Assembly: GCA_963734275.1 (NCBI GenBank)
Contig: CAVTGO010000016.1
Coordinates: forward strand, 35,097-99,096
Length of the DNA stretch: 64,000 bases
Origin: an uncultured Actinomycetes bacterium
Lineage (GTDB): Bacteria; Actinomycetota; UBA4738; HRBIN12
Direction of reading: 5' to 3'
Position numbers and translations under genes: made by a program. Numbering within the stretch: position 1 is the stretch's first letter; each line of letters starts with the position of its first letter. Below the pieces are notes generated by a model. That model made no database searches and was not told the origin of the DNA. It saw only the letters and a program-made list of their open reading frames with translations. Positions 20,773-32,139 of the stretch are shown in pieces.

Positions 20773-21366
20773 CTACCCGCCGATCTTCCCTCCGCACACG
20801 AGGTCGCGAGCGAGGCTCAGGAGCTCCTCGGCGCTCCTGTCCGCGATGAGGGCGTAATTCCACTCGCCATCGGTCCACGAGAGGTGGTGGGGACGGAGCC
20901 CGTTGATATCCGGGTCGGCCCACGTGAGTGCTCCGGTGTGGTCACCCACCTGCACCTCGACGGCGCGATCGTCGAGGAAGTCGAGCAGGTACTCGGGATA
21001 GCTCTCGTTGCCGCCCGCGGGGTCACGGTCGAGCTCGACCCCACCGGCCGCATGGAAGTCCGCGAGTGTCATCTCCGAGCCGATCTCCGTCTCGAGGAAG
21101 TACTGGTAGACCGCTCCGTTCCCGCTGACGACGGTCAACCGACGGGGAAGGCCGCCGATCGACGCCACCTCGGCGTCGGCGGGAACCGGCGATGGGCCCC
21201 TGCCGGTGGGGTCGATCGGGAGCTCCGGCAAGTGGCCGAGCGTGCTCTCGTATGGGGTGAACGTGTCGCTCTCGGCGATGGGACCGTCGACGGTGCCGCA
21301 CCCCGAGGACGCCTCGGCTCTCGACAACACGACGGCGGTGAGCGAGACACCGATGAGCACCGGCAC
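20773..21366 (-). CDS. hypothetical exported protein
   Basis: N-terminal hydrophobic stretch, GC3-rich; co-oriented downstream of the kinase; start uncertain. Confidence 0.6.
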   Translation of the reverse strand: MPVLIGVSLTAVVLSRAEASSGCGTVDGPIAESDTFTPYESTLGHLPELPIDPTGRGPSPVPADAEVASIGGLPRRLTVVSGNGAVYQYFLETEIGSEMTLADFHAAGGVELDRDPAGGNESYPEYLLDFLDDRAVEVQVGDHTGALTWADPDINGLRPHHLSWTDGEWNYALIADRSAEELLSLARDLVCGGKIGG

Positions 21367-21388
21367 GGTCGAACCCTAACCCGTCCCG

Positions 21389-22795
21389 CTAACCACCGAG
21401 CGCGGAGGAGTTGGCGACCCACTCTCTTGGATCAAGGCGAAAGGCGACCTCGATGCGGGTGCCGCCGTCGGCGGGCGAGTCGACGCTGAGGGTGCCACCC
21501 CACTTCTCGGCGAGTTGGCGCGCGATCGCGAGACCCAGGCCGGTGCCGCCGCTCGGTGCTCCCTGGCCTCGGTAGAAGCGCTCGGTCACTCTTGCAAGCT
21601 CCTGGGCAGGGATCCCCGGCCCCTGGTCCTGCACGGCGAGGAACACGCGGCCGTCGTTCGAGCCGGTCTCTACGGTGACCGTGCCGGGTGCGTACGAGAT
21701 CGCGTTGTCCAGCATCGTGTCGAGGATCTGATCGACGTCGGCCGGGTTCGCCTGCGCGATGCCGCCATCGCCGCGGGCGAGAAGCGTCGAATCCAGGCGT
21801 TTCGCGCGCTCGTCCCACCGATCCACGGCGCGCGCGACGACCTCGGCGAGGTCCACGCGCGTCGATGCTCCCTCCTCGACCTCGCGCGCCATGACCAGGA
21901 GTCGGTCCACGATCTCGGCCAGTCGGTCCACCTCGCGGTCGGCGGCCTCGAGCTGGTGCCGCAGCTCCTCGCTCGGAGCGTCCGCGATCGCCGACTCCAG
22001 CCGCAGCTTCATCCCGGTGAGCGGCGTCCGCAGCTGGTGGCTGGCGTTCGCGACGAACTCCCGCTGCGCCTGCACGGTGCGCTCGAGCCGGTCGGCCATC
22101 TCGTCGAACGAGTGACCGAGCTCCTCGATCTCGTCGGCACCGCCTACACCCTCGGCGCGGGCCGAGAGGTCGCCCTCGCCGAGCCGGCGTGCCGAAGCGG
22201 CCAGCCGGCGCAGCGGCTTCGAGAGCGAGCCGGCAAGGCCGAAGGCCAGCACGAGCCCCGCGGCCAGCCCGGCGAGCCCGATCGCGAGGAGCCCCAGGGT
22301 GATGCGTCGCACGTTGTCGCTGACCTGCTGCACGCTCTTCGTGATCCGGACGGCTCCGACCACGCGCCCCTCGTCGAGGACGGGCGCGGCGGTCGCGATG
22401 ATGTCCTGGCCCAGGTCCTCGCTGAACCGGATCTCCGAGGTCGGGATGCCGGCCAGCGCCGACCGCAGCTCGGGACGCCCCGGGCCGACGAACGGCGTGT
22501 CGACCGGCACCGCCCCGTCCGAGTCGGCCTGGAGCTCGCCGTCCTCGTCCACCACGACGACGCGCCCACCCACCTGGTCGGCCGCCTGCGGCATCAGCGG
22601 CGCGAGTACGTCGGGGTCGTCCACGTCTTCGGCGCCGATCTGCGCTGCCAGGCCCTGCGCCTGGATCAGCGCCTGCGTCTCCAGCTCGGCCGCGGCGCGC
22701 CGCTGCAGGTTGATCGTGAGTGGGATGCCGAGCGCCACGATCACGACCAGCAGGATGTAGGCGAAGGCCAGGACCAGCCGGCTACGGACCTTCGT
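21389..22795 (-). CDS. HAMP-containing sensor histidine kinase (HisKA, HATPase_c)
   Basis: Two TMs, HAMP, FVANASHQLRTPL, DQGPGI, GTGLGLAI; TM1 only complete if translation starts at the in-frame ACG at 22795. Confidence 0.9.
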   Translation of the reverse strand, partial: TKVRSRLVLAFAYILLVVIVALGIPLTINLQRRAAAELETQALIQAQGLAAQIGAEDVDDPDVLAPLMPQAADQVGGRVVVVDEDGELQADSDGAVPVDTPFVGPGRPELRSALAGIPTSEIRFSEDLGQDIIATAAPVLDEGRVVGAVRITKSVQQVSDNVRRITLGLLAIGLAGLAAGLVLAFGLAGSLSKPLRRLAASARRLGEGDLSARAEGVGGADEIEELGHSFDEMADRLERTVQAQREFVANASHQLRTPLTGMKLRLESAIADAPSEELRHQLEAADREVDRLAEIVDRLLVMAREVEEGASTRVDLAEVVARAVDRWDERAKRLDSTLLARGDGGIAQANPADVDQILDTMLDNAISYAPGTVTVETGSNDGRVFLAVQDQGPGIPAQELARVTERFYRGQGAPSGGTGLGLAIARQLAEKWGGTLSVDSPADGGTRIEVAFRLDPREWVANSSALGG

Positions 22796-22804
22796 GGCGG
22801 CCTC

Positions 22805-23494
22805 CTACGCTTCGTCCGGCGCCAGGAACCGGAACCCGACGCCGCGCACCGTCGTGATGTAGCGGGGGTTCGAGGGATCGTCCTCGATCTTCTTGCGGAG
22901 CCACGAGATGTGCACGTCGAGCGTCTTCGTCGGCCCGAACCAGTGCGGGTCCCACACGTCGTCCATGATCCGCTCGCGCGTGAGCACCTCGCCGGCGCTC
23001 GCCATGAGCGCGTGGAGCAGGTCGAACTCGCGCGCGGCCAGCTCGAGAGAGTCACCCTTCTTGGTCGCGATCCGGGAGGCCGGGTCGAGGTGGAGCTCGC
23101 CGATGTCGAGCGCGCCCTTGCGCTCGGTGACGGGTCCGCGGCGGAGGATCGCTCGGATCCGCGCGGTGAGCTCCCGCGCCGAGAAGGGCTTGACCACGTA
23201 GTCGTCGGCCCCGAGCTCGAGGCCGAGCACCTTGTCCAGCTCCTCGCCCCGCGCCGTGAGCATGATGATCGGCACGTCCGACTCCTTGCGGATCTCCTTC
23301 GCGAGATCGCGCCCATCGCCGTCGGGGAGCATGACGTCGAGCAGGATCAGGTCGGGTGGGTTCCCGCGGTAGGCCTCCCGGGCGGTGGCGAGGCTGGGTG
23401 TGACATCGGTGGTGAAGCCCTCGCGGTCGAGCCCCTCCGCAAGTGGCTCGGAGATGGTCGACTCGTCTTCAACAAGAAGGATCCGCGGCTTCAT
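22805..23494 (-). CDS. OmpR/PhoB family response regulator
   Basis: ILLVED, LLDVMLP, LTARG, GADDYVVKPF, TLDVHISWLRKK, TVRGVGF. Confidence 0.95.
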   Translation of the reverse strand: MKPRILLVEDESTISEPLAEGLDREGFTTDVTPSLATAREAYRGNPPDLILLDVMLPDGDGRDLAKEIRKESDVPIIMLTARGEELDKVLGLELGADDYVVKPFSARELTARIRAILRRGPVTERKGALDIGELHLDPASRIATKKGDSLELAAREFDLLHALMASAGEVLTRERIMDDVWDPHWFGPTKTLDVHISWLRKKIEDDPSNPRYITTVRGVGFRFLAPDEA

Positions 23495-23574
23495 GTCCCT
23501 GATGCTACCCGGCGCTGAATGACCACCTAATGAGTGATCGGGGTGCGGAAGTCCGAGTTAGCGTCCCGATACGT

Positions 23575-23610
23575 GGTGGACTTTCGAGGTGGACTTCCGG
23601 GTGGAAATCC
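23575..23610. repeat. three short direct repeats GGTGGA(CTT)
   Basis: GTGGA at 23576, 23589 and 23601 in non-coding DNA near the DUF72 truncation. Confidence 0.45.
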
Positions 23611-23703
23611 AACGTAGAAGGCCACCGCCATCCTTATCGACAAGGTGAAAGGTCAGATGAGGAGGGACGATGTCGAGGTCTCCTCCCAGATCGGGGCCGC
23701 CCC

Positions 23704-24045
23704 CTACGAGCGGAGCTCCGAGCAGTTGCGCTTGCCCTCGAGCTCCGCCGGGATCTCGCCGTGCAGGTCGTTGTATAGGGAGTCGTGGCGGGTCGGGTGG
23801 TTGGTGAGGAGCGAGTACGCCTTGACGTTGAACGTGAAGTCCTTCGGTGTGCGCTCGATCCACAGCACCGAGTTCCGCTCCGACGGCGGGAAGTAGTAGG
23901 TGGAGTCCACCTCGACGAGCGGGAACTGCTCGGCGTAGTAGCGGAGTCGAGCTTCGGCCGAGCGAGCCTCCTTCGGGTAGAAGTTCCCGTCCTTGATCAG
24001 GGTCGGATCGGTCCAGCTCGAGGTGCCGATGAGGATGTTGCCCAC
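23704..24045 (-). pseudogene. truncated duplicate of the DUF72 gene (N-terminal ~107 aa)
   Basis: Near-identical to the 5' third of 18704-19603, then diverges after ...ELEGKRN. Confidence 0.85.
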
Positions 24046-24146
24046 GCCTCCAGCCTAGCGAGTGCGGCAGACGAAGAGCCTCCCTCGCGGCGGCTCAACG
24101 CCTCTCCGTAAGAGAGGCTCTCGCGAACTCCGAGATGCGCGGGAAG

Positions 24147-24467
24147 CTAGTCCTCGTCCTCCTCGTCCGAGTCGTCCTCGTCCTCGTCGGAGTCGTCGTC
24201 AGAGTCGTCCTCGTCGACGTCCGAGTCCTCGCCCTGGTCGTCCCCGTCCTCTCCCTGGTCGTCGTCGCCCTCGTCCGCGTCCGAGTCGACGTCGTCGGCG
24301 ACCTCGTCCTCGGGTGGGTCGGTGACGGCGGAACCGGGTTCCACCGAGGTCGCGACCTCGGTCGCCGGGGCCTGATCCTCGCCGTCCGCGGCGAACGCAA
24401 CGACCCCCACAGCTTCGACCAGCACGAACGCCGCGACCGCGGCCATCACACGCATCGTTCTCTTCAT
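24147..24467 (-). CDS. small secreted highly acidic protein
   Basis: Signal peptide MKRTMRVMAAVAAFVLV...VVAFA homologous to the 19687-20226 protein; D/E-rich tail; RBS GAGGAGG. Confidence 0.7.
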   Translation of the reverse strand: MKRTMRVMAAVAAFVLVEAVGVVAFAADGEDQAPATEVATSVEPGSAVTDPPEDEVADDVDSDADEGDDDQGEDGDDQGEDSDVDEDDSDDDSDEDEDDSDEEDED

Positions 24468-24768
24468 GGCCTGCCCCTCCTCAATCGCGTATCGGCCGTT
24501 GTCATCAGCGACCTTGAGCGAACCCTCCCCACGTCGCCCAGGCGATGTTCGAGGCAGGCACGACTGGGCGGCGAAAGATGGGCAGACGTGGCAGGGTCGC
24601 CCTACGCGAGGGATCCATCCATCGGCCGCCATGAGTTCGGGACGATTGCTTAGACAGATTCCCGACAGCGCATGGCAGCTTCGTGTGGGATGAACAACGC
24701 GTCAGAGTTAGCGTTGTCACACGGGGACGAATTCGACGATCCCGAGTGGGGCAGACTCCATCGGCCCA

Positions 24769-24797
24769 TTGACTCCCGAGTCATCCTTCTGGATACT
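24769..24797 (+). promoter_or_regulatory. sigma70-type promoter with overlapping palindrome
   Basis: TTGACT-N17-GATACT upstream of the giant surface protein; TGACTC-CC-GAGTCA inverted repeat overlaps the -35 box. Confidence 0.5.
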
Positions 24798-25009
24798 GCA
24801 GTTTTAGTAGACGGAGGAGGGGACATCCGGCCTCCGGTCGGCGCCAGGGGGGGTACGCCTATGCGCGGAGCTGGACGCCAATCGCGGCGTACCGACTCCT
24901 TCGGATCCAGTGCGGTGATTGCTGCCGTGACTCGACGCCGCTCGGGTTCCGTCCTTGCCCCGGAGCAGCACGCTTCGTTCGAGACGCCCTTCCCACAAGG
25001 CGGTGCGGA

Positions 25010-28000
25010 ATGGCTCGCGTAGCGTCGAGCGCGGCACGCCCACAAGCCCTCTCACGGACGCTTCGGCTGATCGTTTCACTGATGGTGAGCGCGACGGCCC
25101 TCGTCGTACTCCCCGCTCCACCGGCTGGGGCGACCATCACGAACGTCATCGCGGCCAACGGCCTTCTCGACCCCATCGACTCAATCGAGGATAATGATGA
25201 ACTCTGGGCCTACGTAACCTCCATTTCGGGCGGATACGTTTGCGTAGCGTCCCCGGGCGGCGGATGCAGCTTCGGCAGGACAAGAATCGCCCCCCTGTTC
25301 GCGAGTTTCGTCCCAATCCTCGGTGGAAACCTTCCCACTGGAACATGGCAGCTCGTCGGGACTGACCCGACAGGTCTTTTCGTGACAGCGCGATCGCAAG
25401 AGTTCACTGTCGTGTCGTGCAAGGTTCTTCATGACGACGACTGTCCCGTTGTCTTTCAGCCGAGCCCTGACTTCAAGACAGCGAAACGAAACCTGGAAGC
25501 ACTTGTCGATACGACATGCAAGTTGATGAGCGTGCTCAGCCTGCTCTTGAAAGCTCGGCAGACCTTCGGGATTTCCATGGCTATCTATGGTCTTGCGGGC
25601 GGAGTATCCGGGGCACTGCTCGCGTCGCGTTTGCTGGCGCGGTCACATACGCAGCCGTCAATCTGACCGAGCCAACGAAGCTGGGAGTCCTCCAGTTTGC
25701 GTTGTGTTCGGCTCTGACGGGATTCCATGTGTTCGGCGAGTCAGGCGGTCCGGGTTTCGATGGGGTTCTCACGCACTGGGCAAACGATCTCCTGATCCCG
25801 ACTACCGGACGGTGCCATCGCAGCGCTGGTAGACGTCACTGCCTTGAGTAACCACGAACTCGGTGAACAGTTCGACAAGCTGCGCGCGCATCTGCTCGCA
25901 TCGCTCAAGCGTTCGAGCGATTCCAGACCGCAGAGGCGTCGGGCGATATGCCATACGTGCATGCGCAGAGCCGTGCGGTGGCTGACAACATGCTCGAGTT
26001 CACGACTATCGCACGGGAAGCCGCAGACGGAGTCGATGAGCTGGCCGCCGAACTGGAGACCTCATTCCCCGTGGAGGATCGGTCATTCACAGTAGACGAG
26101 CTCGCCGAGGTACAGGCCGTGCTAGAGCGCGTGGAGTCCGACGGGTTCACGAGCGAGGAGATCGCACAGCTCACGTCGCTAGGTCTCGACGAAGCGCAGA
26201 TCGAGGTCCTGCGAGCCGACATGACTTACTGGGATGTTTCGTCGGCGACGCCCGGAGACAACGTCGACGATGCGCTCAATTCGCTCGCCAACGGCCTCCG
26301 CGCCGATGCTGATGCGAGCGAGGAATTGTTCAGGAGTGCCGCGGTCGCAGCGGGTTGCACAAACGCGCCACCAGTCGCGTCATTCACCGCTTCCCCTCTT
26401 CAAAGCTCCAGCGCACCGGTCGAGGTCGATTTCACGGACACCTCAACGAGCTCCGATCTGGACGCGATCGAGTCCCGTACCTGGAACTTCGGCGATGGTG
26501 TGACGGCGGAAGGAGAAAGCACTTCCCACATCTACTTGGCCAACGGGACGTACACCGTGACCCTCACCGTGTGCGACTACCTCGAGTGCAGTCAGGCGAC
26601 GAAGCAGATCTTCGTCGGCACGACCCCTCCGCCGAACGAACCGCCAGTCGCGAGCGGGGACTTCCTGCAGACCGTGAAGAACACGAGCGGCGATATCGAC
26701 GTGCTGGCGAACGACTTCGACTTGTGAGAGCGATTTCTCTCTCCGTGACGCAGTTCGAGCAAGGCGTGCACGGGTTTGTTGCGTGCACGAACGCTGGGAT
26801 CTGCCTTACACCCCCAGCTACTAACTTCACGGGCTTCGACTCGTTCACTACCGGGTTTCCGACGGGCAGGGAACAGCGACGGCGACGGTGACTGTGCTCG
26901 TTGACTCCGAGCTGAACGTCGCACCCATCGCAGAGGACGACGTCGTCACGACTTCGAAGAACGAGACCGTTCAGTTCAACGCTCTTTGCTAACGACATCG
27001 ATCTCGATGGCGGTTAGCTTTTCGGTTCGTTCTCGGCTTCTTCGGCCACGGATCGCTTCAGTGTTAGTTCTCCGGCATCTGCACGTATACGCTGGAGCAG
27101 GACTTCATCGGTTCTGACGGGTTCGACTACGACGTTTTCGACGAGCGCGGGGGCACCGACCGGGCGCACGTCCGATCACCGTTGAGGACGCGCTCCCACC
27201 CGAGAACCGCGCGCTTGTTGCTGTTGACGATGCTGTTACGATACAGGGCGGCTAGAGCGCTTCGATCTTCCCACTACAGAACGACTTCGACTCAGATGTT
27301 GATCCTCTGACGATCTGACCGGATCGATCTCAGTGTGCGAACGGTGACGTCACGTGCTTCGACACCTCATGCTTGTACAGTTTCGCTAGTGACTTCTTTG
27401 GCGAGGACTCGTTCACATACGACGTCTCCGATGGGCAAGGCGGTACGGACACCGGCACCGTAACATCATCGTTCAGAACTCGCTCTCTTCTGCGGGTTAG
27501 GACGAGATCACCACCGGAAAGGGACTGCTCGGCGAAGTTAACGTTTTTGCGAATGAGTCCGACCAGAACTAGCATGCTCTGTTGGTTGTCGATAACACGC
27601 AAGGCGCGCACGGCTCCGTTTCCTGCACCGCGGCTGGCATCTGCGCTTACACACCGGATCTCGGGTTCGTGGGAGACGACGAGTTCATGTACACGATCTC
27701 CGATGGTTACGACGGTTCCGCTGTAGGCATCGTCACGGTCACGTCAGGGAAATCCTCGACGCAGGGCTGGATTGGTTCTGGCGCGTGGATCGCGAGCTAA
27801 CCTTAGCTCCGGAGATAACATCACAGCAGGCTTTCACGTGCGAGTGGAACTTCGGCGACGGCTCGGGTTCACGGATTGCGACTTCGCGCTACGTTTCACC
27901 GCGGTGGGCTCCTCCACTGCAACGCTCACGGTCGAGGTCGCGGGCGGCCCGACGGTCTCCGACGAGGTCCACGTCGAGCTCCTGCCCCTGTCCTCCGATG

Positions 28001-31000
28001 GCGGCGACGGCGGGATCGGCGGGAACGGCGAGGTCGTCACCGGAACCGACGTTACCTACACCGTTGACGAAGATTTCGATCTCGCGACGTTCCTCAATCT
28101 GAACCACGACGCGCCAAACCACGACGAACTGCGCCTCAACGGCAATCTTCGGCCATTCCCGTTCGTGAACATCGCCGCCTCGGCGCGCGGAACGATCGTC
28201 CGGCTCGATGCCAACACCGGCGACATCCTCGGCGAGTACTTGACCGCGCCGGACGGGATGGGCCGCAACCCTTCTACGAACGACGGTCGATCAATTCGGC
28301 AACGTGTGGGTCGCCAACCGCGACGAGTTCCGCGAACTGGACGGCGAGTCCAAGGGGTCGGTGGCGCGAGTCGGTCTCGTGCTGGGCGGTACACGAGTGG
28401 ACGCGAACAGCGACCGGATCCCCAGGGCGGGTATGTCGCGGCGCCGTTCGCGTACAACACCTGTCTCGATCGGGATGGCGACGGACTGATCCGAACGTCG
28501 AGCGGCCTTGCCGATATCCTCGCGTGGACGAACGACGGTGATGCCGACACCGCGGGCGGCGTTTCCACAGCCGAGGACGAATGCATCATCAACTACGTCC
28601 GCGTCACCGGCAGCCTGACCCGGACGATCGCGGTCGATGCGGAGAACGATGTCTGGGTCGGGGGCACGGGGGACCTCGATCACGAGAAGATCGATGGCGA
28701 CACCGGCGAACCGGTCCCGGGAACGCAGGTGAACTTCGCGTGCGGCGGGTATGGCGGGTTGATCGACCGGAACCAGGTTCTATGGTCCGCGTTCGGCTGC
28801 TGCGGATGGACACTGCCACGTTGGACGGCGAGTGCCTGCCGGTCGGAGCGTACGGTCTAGGGCTCGACCCCGAGACGAACCACGTCTGGTTGACTCCGGA
28901 TCGTTCGTGATGGAGCTGGATGAGGATGGCGTGATTCTCGGCTCGCACGGCCACGGTTCCGGGAGTGCCAGGGGCTCGCCGTGGACGGGGCGGGCAACGT
29001 GTGGGTCTCCCACACGTTCGGCACGACGGTAGGCCATGTCCGAACCGACGGAACGTTCGTCGGCAACGTTTCGCTGCTAGGGAGCAGCGGGACCACCGGT
29101 GTTGCGGTCGATGTCAACGGCAAGATCTGGTCTGCGAACATCGGGGGCGACACGAGCCGCATTGATCCCGAGATCGGTTCGGTCGGAGGCGGCGGGTTCC
29201 GACCGGGTGGGTGGATCTCACCGTCGATCTCGGTTCCGGCTCAGGGCCCTACAACTACAGCGACATGACCGGCTTCGTCTTGATCGCCGGCACCTCTCCA
29301 CAGGGGTTCTGGCGCGTCGTCCAAGATGCGGGATCGGCGGGTGCCGACTGGCTGTCGGTCTCTTGGAACGAAGAGCCGCAGGGTCAAGAGCCGGCGGGCA
29401 CGTCGATCGAGCTGGAGGCTCGCGCAGCTGATGAGATCTCCGAGCTCACGGGTGAGCCATTCGTTCCCGTCGTGAGCGGAGACGACCCCGGGCTGACCGG
29501 CCGCTATATCGAGGTGCGGGCAACGCTGCGGACCGACGACCCGGCGATCTCACCGGTCCTCTCGGACCTGCGCATCCGGGCCGCTGGCGACGCGAGCGGA
29601 AACCACCCTCCGGCTGCGATCGATGACCAGCTCACGACAGCGCAGGACACCGCCGGCGATGTGAACGTTCTGGCGAACGACTCCGATCCCGACGTCGGCG
29701 ACACGCTCGAGGTGAGCGGCTCGACGGACGGGACACACGGCTCGGTCTCATGCGCTGCAGCCGGTGTATGCACCTACACACCAGACACCGGCGTCACCGG
29801 CTCGGACTCGTTCACCTACACCGTATCTGACGGACACGACGGCACTGACGAAGGTGTCGTCGACGTGACGGTCAGGCCGCTCCGCCCGAGAATCGCCCTC
29901 CGGTCGCCGTTGATGATGAGCTCACGACGGCGGAGGACACCTCCGGCAACGTGAACGTCCTGGCGAACGACTCCGATCCGACGTCGGCGACGTGCTCGAG
30001 GTCACTGCCTCAACGGACGGTGCCAGCGGGACCGTGTCCTGCACCCCGGCCGGCGTGTGCACCTACACGCCTCAGTCCGATTTCCACGGCTCGGATACCT
30101 TCACGTACACGATCTCGGACGACAACGGGGAGACCGACCAAGCCTCGGTGAACGTGACCGTCACGCAACCGGATGCCGCTCCGAACGCTGTCGACGACAC
30201 GATCACGACCGACGAAGGTCAAGCCGGGTCGGTGAACGTCCTGTCGAACGACACGGATCCCAACGGTGATGCGCTGAGCGTTACAACCCTCAGCCCGACC
30301 GCTACTCACGGAACGGTAGCGTGCGCGGCGACGGGTCTCTGCACGTACACGCCGACGCGGGCTTCCACGGCACCGACTCGTTCGCCTATTCGATCTCCGA
30401 CGGCCAGGGCGGGTCGGCGAACGCGAACGTCAGCGTCACCGTCAACGAGGTCAACCAGCCGCCGGTCGCCGTGGACGACGACCTGACGGCGCAGGAGGAC
30501 GGAAGCGGTTCGGTCGACGTCTTGGCAAACGACAGCGACCCGGACGGTGATGAACTCGAGGTCACCACGCTCTCGCCCACGGCCGCCCATGGCACAGTCG
30601 CCTGCACATCGGACGGCTTCTGCACCTACATCCCGGAGGCCGACTTCAACGGCACCGACGCGTTCAACTACTCGGTCACCGATGGGCTGGGCGGGACCTC
30701 GACCGCGACCGTGCACGTCGTCGTGACGCCTGAGAACGACCCGCCGGTCCTGACCGTCACCGGGTTGCCGGCGGCCGCGCAGTACTCCGATCCCGTCACG
30801 ATCGAGCTGTCGGCAACGGACATCGATGGCGATGCCTTCGCCTTCAGCGCGACCGGGCTGCCGGCCGGACTCACGCTCACCGACCACGGGGATGGGACGG
30901 CGACGATCTCAGGCGACATCACCGAGATGGCTGCCTCGTACCAGGCATCGGTCCGGTCTCCGACGGTAATGAGACCGCCACCGCGACCGCCATCTTCCAG

Positions 31001-31774
31001 GTGAGAGAGGAAGACGCCACGCTCACCTACGTCGGAGACATGCTCGTGTCGACGACCGGCGCCGAGCGCAAACGTCCGCCTCGCGGCGCAGGTGACGCAG
31101 CAGGCCGACGGTCATCCGGGCGACCTGACGAAGGCGGCGCTCCCTTCGAGCTCTACCGAGCAGCAATACGGACCTGGTGACCCCCGACTCGTGATCGGTC
31201 CGATCACGACGAATGTCATCGGCCTCGCCGAGATTACCGCCCAGCTCGGCGTCGACTCTGGACGATTGTCGTGAAGGTGAACACTGGAAACAGGTACTTC
31301 AGGGCCACGCCGGCTCGTTCCACCGTGACGGTCTACGTCCCGGCCCCGGGCAAAGTCACCGGGGGTGGATAGGTTCCGAATGCAGGTAACCGAGCGGACT
31401 TCGGTCTCGTCGTTCAGAACAAGGGCACCAAGAAGACGGACCTGACGGGCAACGTGAACTATCTGTTCACCCAGAATGGGACGCAGTACCAGATGCGCTC
31501 GAGCGGATGGGGCGGTGGCTCGCTGACTGTGTCACCGGATGGCCGCAACGCGACGATCCAAGGCAAGGGTGCGATCACAGTAGTCGGTCGTAGGGGATCG
31601 ACGAGAACTATCAACGTCGATTTCCGGATTGACGTGATCGACACTAGGGCCACGCAGTCCCGCGATGCGTTCGCGATCACGATCTGGCAAGGGACGTCCG
31701 TTTTCCATCAGCTAGGAGCTCCCGCCTCACCGATCACCCTCGGCGGTGGACAGGTCGTAATTCAACTCAAGTAG
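25010..31774 (+). CDS. giant secreted/surface protein (PKD, many Ig-like Big_9/tandem-95 repeats, Vgb-like beta-propeller, C-terminal GKVTGGG domain), many frameshifts
   Basis: Consecutive fragments: signal peptide; WNFGDG...HIY...[12 protein letters not shown]; repeated [10 protein letters not shown]...CTYTP...[10 protein letters not shown]; GNVWV repeats; ...[13 protein letters not shown]. Confidence 0.75.
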
Positions 31775-31846
31775 AAACCATCAAGTGGAGCGGCTGATCA
31801 CGATCGAGGACGCCGCCGAGGCGCCTTGGCTCGATGCGACGCGCGC

Positions 31847-32068
31847 TTACGGACGGGATGACGGGACCAGCTCGAGCTTCAGCGTTCTGGCTCCCCGAAC
31901 ACAACCGTCGCCTGGCCCACGACATTCTTGAAGGTGCCGGTACTGCAGAATCCGGTGCTCGCTAGTGGTCTGTTCATTCATCGATGCGAACGCTACTGCG
32001 GCACCGATCACGATGCTCAGGCTCAGCGCCGTGGCGACCAACCACGGGCGGCCGAATCTGCGACACAT
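31847..32068 (-). CDS. small ORF with signal-peptide-like N-terminus, possibly a truncated remnant
   Basis: RBS GAAGGAGGT; MCRRFGRPWLVATALSLSIVIGAAVAFA followed by atypical sequence. Confidence 0.35.
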   Translation of the reverse strand: MCRRFGRPWLVATALSLSIVIGAAVAFASMNEQTTSEHRILQYRHLQECRGPGDGCVRGARTLKLELVPSSRP

Positions 32069-32139
32069 CAGGCATACCTCCTTCAGACTCAACTCGTTGA
32101 ACTCGCACGAGCGGTTGGAAAGATTCCCTGGGGATCTGC

